A stretch of 63,882 nucleotides of DNA, counting the filler, from Reticulomyxa filosa (Eukaryota; Protista; Foraminifera): the NCBI GenBank assembly GCA_000512085.1. It is 14 parts of 14 records of this genome, joined end to end, with 100 filler letters (N's around TTAATTAATTAA, not from the genome) between each part and the next. Parts side by side here need not be neighbours in the genome. Positions count along the whole stretch, not along the records: positions 18,765 to 32,414 come from ASPP01012010.1; positions 32,515 to 36,352 come from ASPP01003297.1; positions 36,453 to 37,941 come from ASPP01048926.1; 11 more parts are not named here. One strand, given 5' to 3'. Shown one piece after another: positions 27,321 through 38,041 of the stretch (the first letter of the stretch is position 1; each line of letters opens with the position of its first letter). Position numbers and translations under genes: made by a program. The notes under the pieces were generated by a model. The model did not search any database, was not told the origin of the DNA, and saw only the letters and a list, made by a program, of their open reading frames with translations.

Positions 27321-27924
27321 ATGGATAAAGAACAATATCTTAAATCTGAATATTCTGCAGAGGATTCGGATAATGATGGTCAACTCAACAATCCTCTAAC
27401 AGTGAAGAAAGAGAACTTGCAATTTTTTTGGCCAGGTTTAAAGAAAGAAGTGTTATCACTGAGTAAGATCGCGCTTCCTGTGACAGTAGCTGCAGTTGCA
27501 CGAACGGTGATGTTCAATATCGACACAGCGTTTTTGGGACACATTGGAACCGACCAACTAGCAGGTTCAGCATTGGCGAGCGTGTGTATGAGTATAGTGC
27601 AAACATTTGTATTTGCACCGGGTTACTCCTTGAACAGTCTATGTTCACAAGCGATAGGCGCAGGCAATCCAAAGTTGGCAGGAAATTGGATGCAATTGGC
27701 ACTAGTGATCTGTTCGCTATTGTATCTGCCAACACTGGCAGTGTATTTCAACACAAGGCATATCCTATCGATTGTGGAAGACAATCGAAGAGTATTGCAT
27801 TACGCGCAGCAATTTGGGATGTGGGGTTCCTTTATCTCTCTGCCATTGGTAATGTAAGTAATGTCGATATACACATATGAATAATATATAATTAAATATA
27901 TTTATATTATTCATACGTAGTTAT

Positions 27925-27971
<47 letters not shown>

Positions 27972-29285
27972 AACATATTCACGTTTATTTGCGGTTTTTT
28001 ATATGTCCGAATAATGGAGAAATACTCACTCCAAACTCCAAATAATGAACACATACGTATACCTCTATATGTTGTGATAGATACACGGTAGTACGTCAAT
28101 ATTTTCAAGCGATGGAAATTGTGTACCCGGCCACTTTGGTCAGCATGTTATCCATTGGAACGAATATCCTGTTGAACCAAGTGCTGATTTATGGGATAGG
28201 GTCATGGCCGGGCTTTGGCTTCATAGGATCGCCGCTGGCAACGACCGTGTGTGGACTGTTTCAATTGCTACTGTTTTACCTGTACGCGATTGTATATCGC
28301 CAATACCACAAAGACACGTGGGACGGGTGGACATGGGAGTCGTTCCGTCTCAGCCGTCTCCGAAACTTTCTCAAGGTCGCCATTCCTATTACCCTGACTG
28401 ATGTCGCCGAGCTGTGGGCATATGAAATCGTATCCTTGTTATCAGGAGGTCTCTCCGAAAGCGATGTGGCCGCCATTGCCGTGTCCGGTGATATCTTCAT
28501 GGTGTTATGGGGGTTTTACTGGGGATTTGGATTGGCCACTGTTGTCAGAACTGGTTTGTCTACGTATATAAATATATTTATATGTGACTCCACTTTTACG
28601 TAACCCTTATTATATATCTTTGAAAAAAAAAAAAGGAAGATACATTGGCGAGGGCGACATTCCTGGATTGAAAATGTCGATACTATCCTCATTTTTAATA
28701 ATTTGTTCCACTTGTGCTATTGTGGCCATGGTTGTCTATTTCAGTCGCGATTGGATAGCCAGCATTTATACCAATGATCCTCACGTTAGACGTCTTCTGT
28801 CCGACGCGCTACCTTGCATGAGTCTGTGCTTTTTGACGGGAGGATTGGCGTGGTCGGGCTCGGTCGTGTTGGAGGGACTCTCACGAAACACTCCCGCACT
28901 CGTCATCACTGCTATCAGCATTTGGGGACTATACTTCCCTTTGACGATATACTTTGCCTTTTATGCCCCTGCCCATATTCGAAATAGTCTTCCCTTTTCT
29001 CCTGTCGGAGTCGTTTGGATGGCTGGAATCGTTTCACATCTTGCAATGGCCATTGGAAATTGGGGATGCATTCTTAGAACCAATTGGGAGGAAGAAGTTA
29101 AGAATGCCAAAGATCGGAGTGAAGTTTTATTGGAGGAAGAAAAGGAGAATTTGGAGTCATTAAATAATGTCAGTATTAATGCGGATCAACCAAAAGATGA
29201 CAAAGGAGAGATTACACAGTCATTGGCTCATGGAGGATCTATTGATTTGATTCGACCTTTAATAGAAAGCGAAATAACCTTATAA
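27321..29285 (+). CDS. MATE family multidrug/toxin efflux transporter; exons 27321-27853, 28081-28553, 28636-29285
   Basis: IALP...DTAFLGHIGTDQLAGSALA, SLCSQAIGAGN, RQYFQA, GFGFIGSPLAT, ELWAYE, VRTGRYIGEGD; multiple TM helices; in-frame GT-AG introns. Confidence 0.93.
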
Positions 29286-29701
29286 ATGAAAATTGGAAAA
29301 TGTGGACAATCTTTACCCTTTTGTCTCTGCTATGAGAACTTAGGAAAATGTTTCCCAGAGGGACTTCGATCTGTTCTCATTGAATGTGGTCATCTCTTAC
29401 TTCTACTTTCTTCTTCATGAAAATTACAACACAAATCACATTCATTGTATTAGTATTGAAAGTTTAACAGGTTGCATACTTTTTATTATATTATGTTTGC
29501 ATATTCCTTAATATGTCATATTATTTTTACAAGAGAAAGGCCTTTTTTCTTCAAGGCATGAAAAAGAGTAACATTGAATTATATAAATCTAATATCATTA
29601 TATTTGTAAATATTGAAAAGTTGCAAACTTAACTGGAACCAGGTGACTTGAAGAAAGAACTCTCTGAACTTTTTATATAAAAAAAAAAACTCACTAAAAC
29701 A

Positions 29702-30619
29702 ATGCTAAAAACAACTAATAGGGATATGCTTTATTTTGTAGGCTGTCTCTTGTATGCTTATAGTGTACCTTTTGCTTTTTTGGTGTTTGTGATCGGACGT
29801 AAACCACAACATGTAGTGCTTGCTATTGCTAGGTATGTTGATTAATTTAGAATAAAGAATAAATATGCATAAAATGTACATATAAATAAATAAAAATAAA
29901 AAAATAAAAAAATAAAAATAAATAAAAATAAATAAATAAATAAAGTATGGCATTTTATTTATGCGCAATAATGGTAAATAGTGTATTATGGAAATTATTA
30001 CCATTTTTACAAAGTTCATTAACAATGTTTATTTTAATTGGAGTATTAGTAATTGAAGGAATAAGACCAATTTATTATCGTTTTTATACAAAATTTCATA
30101 ATTCTTTTGAATCAATATCAACAAATAAAGTAGTTTTTCCAATGAATGATTTATTTGGAGCAATTTCAAGTGGATTTGGTTGGGGAATTGTTCATATATT
30201 ATTATTTTATTCTCCAATTATTTCAAAATCAATTGGTCCTGGAACTTATTTTCAATTTAATCAATGTTCTACATTTAGTGTTATTACTAAAGCTGTTTAT
30301 TTAACTCCTCCAATTTTTATTCAACATATTTCTTTAATGATTATTTTTTTTAATGGTTTTTATAAAAAATCTACATTACAATGGTGGATTGCAATGATTT
30401 TACATTTATTTGCTTCTTTATGGGTATATATATATATATATATATTTTTTCTTTTTTTTAATCAATTTATTTATACATTTACATATACACATATAGAGTG
30501 AATTCGAAGAATGTACATTATTAATTGTTGGAGAATATATCATTGCATTCATAGAAATTATTTGGTCATTCTATTTAATACACAAACCTGATTACAGAAG
30601 AAAATTAAAAGGATTATAA
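29702..30619 (+). CDS. APH1: Gamma-secretase subunit Aph-1 homologue (about three exons)
   Basis: YFVGCLLYAYSVPFAFLVFVIGRKPQHVVLAIAS|MAFYLCAIMVNSVLW...VIEGIRPIYY...SSGFGWG...SIGPGT...IQHISL...ILHLFAS, i.e. Aph-1 TM1, GxxxG, GPGT and the two conserved His. Confidence 0.85.
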
Positions 30620-31543
30620 AATATCCCTTTGTTTTTTTTTTATAATTTTTCCATTTTTGTCCAATCATAATCATTCATCATAACTTTTTTGCAAACCATT
30701 TATATTTTCATTCATTTTGTTTAAAGGATATCACATTCAATTCATAGTTTTTTCTCTAAGTCATTATGTCAAAAAAGTTATTTAGCTTAGAATTGTATTT
30801 CTAAGTTTACTCTTAGAATAATACGTTTTTTTCCCATTTTTTGGAAAAAAAAAGCTGGTGCATTCCGGCAATATGGAAAATTCACATGTTTTCCATCATT
30901 ACATCCTCAAAAACGTTGATCTGTTCTTGCTTCATTTTGTAAGCTAGCAACACTGTATAAACTTTTTTTTTAGTGTTTCTTTTTTCAAAACAGAACAAAG
31001 CGAAACGAAAAAATAGAAGTGTAATATTAATTTCAAGTCATAAAGGTCTAGCTAGACTTGTTGATATTGACTTGATCAAAAAATTGCAGTGAAAAAAAAG
31101 TAGTTTTGAAATCGTTGTTATTACACCTGAAAGATCGCCATTTAAGAGATAAAATATTTAATCGAAAAGAAGTGAAGTCTAAGCTTCAGTTTGTTTGTTT
31201 CAATTAATTAGATACAGGACATACAATATAAATGTATTGTGTGTATAACAATCAATACTATCGAAAGTTGCTATCAGTGTTGTTCGCCGAGACTCAAGAC
31301 AGTTTTATAAAGTCTGTGTCTTTAAAAAAAATCAATGAAAAAAGTTTATTTGCATTAAGAAAATGACAATTGTATGTGCATGCGTGGGGACGAAAGTGAT
31401 CCGATTCAGCAATCAATGTTCATAACTGATAGCCAGGCTTAGTCACAGTTGTATCAATAAAAGTCTGTCAAGTACAAGAAAACATACATACAAAAAAGCA
31501 AATAATTTCAATTTTCTTGATTTATATACGTATTATGTATATA

Positions 31544-32374
31544 CAGTAGTTTACAAAAAAACATTAGACCAAAAAAAAGGTTGCTTTTTTAGTATTTGAC
31601 TTGTATATCTTATTGAAAAGGCTAAAGTAAAAATAATTTTGTAGATACATATAATAAATCACAAACTATCTTTCATATATGTTGTAATATATTATCTCTT
31701 GCATTTATTCGAAAGATTATACATTGAATTTTTTTAGCTTGCTTTTACATTATGTCTTTTTTAAAAAAATTTTTATTAAATTTATATCAAATAGTAAAGA
31801 AAAAATAATACATTTAACAAATGTTTACACTTGTGTTTAAAAGAAGCGTTTATTTGTAATTTACCACTTGGTGGAATCGCCATGGTCTTTATCACAGCGT
31901 GAATGCGCTTAGGCATTAAATAAATAAAAATATCACAAATCACTTTCAATCTAGTACAATTGATTGACAAACTACTCAAAGAGATCATCTTTGCTGGAAA
32001 ATAGTCCATTTTTGTAAGTACTGCACTTGGTAATCCACCAAAGGTTCTAAATTGGATTCAGATCTTGTTTTGCCACTTTTCGAATAGACTTTCCATCCAA
32101 AAGCATTTGCAAAGACATTCCCTTTGTAAACTCATCACGTGATATACAATATGATTTTTGTTTATTGTGCGTTAAATACCTTAATATTAGTCAGTATAAT
32201 TTATTTTAAACTTTTTTTGTTTGGTAATATAGTTTTTTTTGAACATTGAATTTTTCAAATCCATGAGGAAAAAGAAAGATTAAGAGCTTTTCAAGTAAAT
32301 GCAAGAGATAAGATATTACAAAATATATGAAAGATAGTCTGTGATTTGTTATATGTATCACAAAATTATTTTTA
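31544..32374 (-). mobile_element. Second copy of the internally deleted Tc1-type element; right TIR interrupted by a nested insertion
   Basis: TA|CAGTAGTTTACAAAAAAA left TIR; internal sequence collinear with 16741-17625, including DLNPI*NLW and MPKRIHAVIK. Confidence 0.9.
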
Positions 32375-32414
32375 CAGTAAGTTGCAAAGAAAACTGAACG
32401 CCTAAAACATATCT
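32375..32414 (+). mobile_element. Nested Tc1/mariner-type terminus inserted at a TA in the host TIR
   Basis: ...caaaattattttTA|CAGTAAGTTGCAAAGAAAACTGAACGCCTAAAACATATCT; matches 13324-13363. Confidence 0.75.
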
Positions 32415-32514
32415 NNNNNNNNNNNNNNNNNNNNNNNNNNNNNNNNNNNNNNNNNNNNTTAATTAATTAANNNNNNNNNNNNNNNNNNNNNNNNNNNNNN
32501 NNNNNNNNNNNNNN
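32415..32514. other. Artificial contig spacer
   Basis: N44-TTAATTAATTAA-N44. Confidence 0.98.
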
Positions 32515-33661
32515 GTAAACCTTCCAACATCAAATACTTGATTATAATCTCCACTATAATCACATTTAATTTTTTCCTGTAATCTTATACTGTCTTTCAC
32601 TTTTTGTGGTTTTACTACTGTAATCAAATATTTTTGTAATTCTGTAATTAGATTTATTACTTCATTACTCATCATTGCATTTTCACTTCTAGTAATTAAA
32701 TCTTCCAAACTTGTTGCATGTTGTCTAATTTTTTTTGCTTTTATTTCATAAGATAATCCTAACTTAATTGAATAAAAACATTGATAATGATTATCTTTTA
32801 CAGGAATAGAATTATCACTTGCACAAATAGAATGTTCAGAATTGAAAATCATTACTCTCATAATTGTTGTAACTGTTGATTGTTTGCAATCTGGACAACA
32901 ATGGGATGTCTTATTTGAAACAAATGAAATATCACCAAATCCAATATTAACCCATACTGGAAGTTTTGCCTTTGATGCCAAGCAATCTTCATTTACACAA
33001 TAACCTTGTAAATTAATACCTGATTTAATTTCACCAATTTCCACCTTTTCTTCTTCTTTTTTTAATTTATTTGATTTTATTTCATCTCCTTCATTACTCT
33101 TTATTGCTTCATTATCTTTTGTCTTTTTTTTTAATTTTATTTTTGAATAAAATGTAACAAGTGTATTCATACTTGTGTGAAGAAAAAAAAAAAGACAACT
33201 TTTTCATTTGTATGCTTTGTTTGCTCTGATTTTTTTTGTAAATCAGAATCTTGAGTTGCTGAAATAGCATTTTGATTTAATAATGTGGAAACCATCTTTT
33301 CAATCACCATAGATACATTTCCATTTGTTTCTTCAAGTTGTTTTTTCAATTCTTCCTCTTCCATAACATCACTACATAATCTTATCAGTGCTTTCATTTC
33401 TATTGTGTATTTCTCTTGTTCGGATTCGCTTTGCATTCCTCCTACAATCTTTTCTCTTTCCTTACAAATAGTATTCCATGCATTATCATAATTACGTATA
33501 AAAGCGTGCATATTAACATGACGTTTTTCAGCGACGTTTTGACATACAAACACATTTTTTGACGACGTTAGTCTCTTAATCGAGATGGATGAGTTACCTT
33601 CTTGTCCCATGAACAGCATAAGTGCATTGATCATATCTTCATTTAGCTCACGTTTAGTCAT
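32515..33661 (-). CDS. Lineage-expanded protein, N-terminal part: UBA/CUE-like helices, Cys-rich (CxxxxC..CPDC) domain, start of a RelA/SpoT-like nucleotidyltransferase motif
   Basis: ORFs 33167-33715 and 32515-33170; ELKKQLEETNGNVSMVIEKM, GINLQGYCVNEDC...VNIGFG...CPDC, KVKDSIRLQEKIKCDYSGDYNQVFDVGRF; truncated at the spacer. Confidence 0.65.
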
Positions 33662-34796
33662 AACTTCAGTAAGGCTGACAGTACTTTTCGCAAAAACAAA
33701 AAGAAAAAAAAACATTAATGCAAAAGTTGAACTAACAAGAACTAGTGACCAAAAAGAATACCGAAAAAATTGGCTTGATGGCTTATTCTACGAGAAAACA
33801 GGTAAATTCAAAATGAGGGGAGAAGTCACAAAAAAGACTCGTAAAGGTGACCCGCTAGAATTACGCTTAAGTTTTACAAAAGAATGGAATGGATATTGCG
33901 TGAATGAAATGAGTTTGAATGGCATAAAATTTAAAAAGATATCCTAATTAAAGTTAAGAGGAGCATACGAGGCCTTTACCTTTTTTTAGCTGCAAAGCTT
34001 TTTTAAAAAAAACTAAGAAAAAAAGACATACGTTCGAATGGATATTCAAATGGGGTACTTCTTTGGGAAGAAACCACAAAAAAGACGAAGAAATTGACGT
34101 AAACGCCGTTTATAACCTTCAGAGCTGCTACGTAACAGTCAGCAACAGGCCACGCTTCCATAGGAAGAAGACACAAGAAGACAAGAGAATATGGGCAGTG
34201 CGAAATCAGCCTATTGCCTTCCATGCTATTGGGTTGGCGTTGTGATTGATGAAAATACGTCAACAATAGACGAGTTTGCAATTATTTTATTCTTAAGAGA
34301 CCCTTTTTTTGTTTGTTTGAAAAGGGGGAGACAGAGAAGGTAGAACGTCAAAAAAAATATAATCAACAATCAAATCATATATGATAGGTTGACCTAAAAA
34401 TGCTGGAAAAAGCTATCGCTGATTCGGAGGTTTTATGAGATCTTGAAAAAAATTGTCCCAAAATGGCCAAGCGACAACAAGAAAACACTGACGCAGTGAT
34501 AAGAGTTTTTCACCAGCTCAACACTAAAATTTGTTTAACATTATTGAACTAATTTTAAAAAATTTCAATGCACGCTTGTGTGTATTTGTGATTTTATGTT
34601 TTTAAAGTTGGTCTAGTTTGCAAGAAATTTGTTTGCCGACATTGAACTTAATTTTGTGTGAAAAATTTATTGCTTGATTATTTTTTCTTGATCCATAAGC
34701 TAAAACATTTTTGCATCATTTTCATTGCTTTTTTTTATCTTTAAGTAGATCTCATTATTCTTTACGCTATCTTAAATTTTGCTGCAAAAAAAAAAA

Positions 34797-34920
34797 GAAG
34801 GAACCAGCACTCGGGCTGAGTATGGGACCCAATAGCTCATCCCCAGGCTATCCAGAAGCGCCCCTGACCCACCCGCACTTCCTACTTGAGTCCTTACCAA
34901 ATCCCACAATGAGCACCTCT
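34797..34920 (-). ncRNA. Candidate structured small non-coding RNA (unclassified)
   Basis: 68/120 G+C island (34801-34920) in AT-rich intergenic DNA. The minus strand folds by hand into nested stems and is followed by T11. Confidence 0.35.
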
Positions 34921-35167
34921 TAAAATTTTTTTCAAAACAACTTAAAAATTGGTGTTCTCGATCATTTAAAATTTGAAATGAAAATGCTTGTGGCAAAAGT
35001 AACAACTAACTTCGTAAAAAAAAACGACTTTACGTCTCTTTTGAAATGATCAAATTTGGCAAAAAAATGTCTACCAGAACAAGAATAGCTTAATTTTTAT
35101 TTTGAAGCAAAAAACAATTTGACAAAAGTTATATCCTTACTGTAAGTGAGAAAAGAAGATAGTGAAA

Positions 35168-36352
35168 TTAATGGACATCTAAGCCACAAACGGTACGTAT
35201 TTGAACATATTCACTAGCGTGAGTAAGTATCATTGGTAAGACTTTTCTTTGGTAGTAATTTTCTTGAGCCTCTCTTGTCGGATATTTGCGCACACGTTTA
35301 TTGACAAGAGATGTGTGAGTATAAAAGGCAGTATTTAAGTAAAGTCCAAACGGTTGTAAAAAGCGTACCAATTTGAGTGGACTGTCACTTTCGACATCAA
35401 AGATGACAATATCTTTGTCGATTTTGTCAATCCCAAAAAAGTGTAATACGTGACAAATGTAATTGTACCATTCTAAATACCACTGCCAATGCACCAATTG
35501 TTTCGCAATTTCGAGATTGGCAGCCATGTGATGAAACTTACACAACAGAGCTTCGCGTGTCAAATACCTATAATTGAACGCGTCCGATTTGATCAGGATC
35601 CAATGCTTGACAGGTCGTATATTGAGTATATACTTGATCTGGTGGGAATACATGCGATGGATAAGCTCGTGCAAAAATACGGTTGGTCGTTTGGAAATCT
35701 TGCCAAAGCATTTGGAAATGATCGAGTTTTGGGTAGCTTTTGGAAAATGGGCAAACTGTGATTGACAGCTTTCATCAGCGACAGCCAATACGTTACATTC
35801 ATATATCGAAAGAAATGAGCCGAGGAATACACCACGGCGGACGAGGAGAGAAACAGGTCCAATTCCTCCTCCTCCGCAGTATACGTATCTGGTGCTATAC
35901 CATCATCGTCATCATTACCATCACCTGTTCTCCAATACTCCAAGCCTTTGACAAAGGTGAGACATTGATCTTGACACGAACGTGACATCCAAGGCTCAAG
36001 TCCGGCAAACAGCGTGGCGCCATCGAAATGATCCAAAAGTTTGGGATGTGTTTCATTGACATACCATTCGTACTTCATTATATCGGACACAGCCAAGGAC
36101 TTGCCCATCCAGCTCCAGTTTTTTAGCTTCTTCAACATTGCTTGCTGTCCGGGCTTCACACCACTCGATGATGACAATAATGATTGATTTCCACGCACCC
36201 CAATACCGACAGGCGTCAGATTCAACGGCTTCATTGTCCAATGTCGGGTCGAGTTGGTGGTCGAATGCAACGACGGGATGTTGCTTTGTGCAAACCACTC
36301 GTACAACGCCGTCGTACCTACATGCGCGTTCAATAGTGTGAATACACGGATA
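35168..36352 (-). CDS. Sulfotransferase-like (P-loop, sulfotransferase-family-like) protein, 5'-truncated, with an internal frame change
   Basis: NAHVGTTALYEWF (5'-PAPS-binding-like) in ORF 35593-36333. KYILNIRPVKHWI (3'-PAPS-like ILN.R..W), HICHVLHFF and IVIFDVESD lie in overlapping ORF 35168-35788. Confidence 0.6.
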
Positions 36353-36452
36353 NNNNNNNNNNNNNNNNNNNNNNNNNNNNNNNNNNNNNNNNNNNNTTAA
36401 TTAATTAANNNNNNNNNNNNNNNNNNNNNNNNNNNNNNNNNNNNNNNNNNNN
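36353..36452. other. Artificial contig spacer
   Basis: N44-TTAATTAATTAA-N44. Confidence 0.98.
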
Positions 36453-37941
36453 TTCTTCATTTGTTCCGTTCTTTTCCAATATCAATCCCAACACATCATA
36501 GGATTCTGCAAGGTCTAAATCAAAGTTATTACTCTTATCATTCATCAAAATTTCCAAAGATTTATCAACATATTCTTTAGCTTTGTTCATTTGTTGTTTT
36601 CCTTTTATCCACACCAATCCCAATTCATTCAATGACCGTGCAACAAATGCATGTTTTTCACCACATTTCTTTAATCGAATATTCAATGCCTTCTCATGAT
36701 ATTCAATCGATATTTCATATTCTCCTGTTTCAAAATATGAACATCCCAAATTATAGAACGATATTGCAACCTCTGTGTGATCTTCACCTAATTGTTCTAA
36801 TGAAATTTTCAAGTTTTTTTTATAATATTCAATTGATTCAGCATATTCTCCTTTTCCATAATGAACTCTTCCCAAGTGATAGTAACAAGTGGCAATACTT
36901 ATTTGATTTCCGTCGATGTTTTCAGAATAGATATCCAGTGCTTTTTTGTGATATTCATATGCTTTATCATATTTTGCTTTCATATAATAAACTCTTCCCA
37001 AATTGTTGTAAGAGCTGGCAACATTAATGTGATTATTACCTAATTTTTCCAATCGAATTTTCAACGCCTTTTGGTGATATTCAAGTGCCTTGTCGTATTC
37101 CCCTTTCTCGCAATGAGCAATTCCCAAATAATTGTATGACTCACCGATATCATTGTGATCTGATCCCAATTTGCCTAATTTTATTTTTAGTGCCTTTTCA
37201 TGACATTCGATCGATGTTTCATATTCTCCTGTTCCAAAATATGAAGTTCCTAAATTATAGAACGATGTTGCAACATCTATGTGATCTTCGCCTAATTTTT
37301 CTGATGAAATTTTCAAGTCTTTTTTATGACATTCAATTGATTCAGCATATTCTCCTTTTCCAAAATGAACGTTTCCCAACTGATAGTAACAAGTGGCAAT
37401 ATTTATTTGATTTCCGTCGATGTTTTCAGAATAAATATCCAATGCTTTTTTGTGATATTCATATGCTTTATCATATTCATCTTTCATATAATAAACGCTC
37501 CCCAAATTATTGTATAAAGCAGCAACATTGGCATGATTATTGCCTAATTTTTCTGACTGAATAACTAGCGCCTTTTGGTAATATTCAAGTGTCTTGTCGT
37601 ATTCCTTTTTATTGCCATGAGTAATTCCCAATTGATTGTATGACTCACCGACATCAATGTGATTTGAACCCAATTTATCTAATCTTATTTTTAATGCTTT
37701 TTCCTGATATTCAATTGATTTGTCATATTCTCCTTTCCTACTATATGCACCTCCTAACACGTAAAAAGTGTTTGCGACTTCAATATCAGAATCACCTCGC
37801 GTTTGCAACATAACACAAAGTACAAAACGAACCAATGAAATTGCTTCATCAAAATTTGATTTCTCACATAAATCAACCATTTGTTCATCAATCTTGCCTA
37901 AATCAATGGGCCATGAGACAGTGAAAATAGGTTGCTTAAAA
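36453..37941 (-). CDS. TPR-repeat protein with 42-aa kinesin-light-chain-type repeats (internal fragment)
   Basis: About 10 repeats of H..VA.SY.NLG..Y...GEYDKA.EY..KAL.I; open frame across the whole contig. Confidence 0.93.
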
Positions 37942-38041
37942 NNNNNNNNNNNNNNNNNNNNNNNNNNNNNNNNNNNNNNNNNNNNTTAATTAATTAANNN
38001 NNNNNNNNNNNNNNNNNNNNNNNNNNNNNNNNNNNNNNNNN
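37942..38041. other. Artificial contig spacer
   Basis: N44-TTAATTAATTAA-N44. Confidence 0.98.

Noticed and set aside
34797-34920. 5S rRNA or SRP identity for the GC-rich island
   Set aside because: Length and U-tract fit 5S, but the loop E (AGUA/GAA), CCAUAC-type 5' and SRP GNRA helix-8 motifs are not in the expected places; left unclassified.
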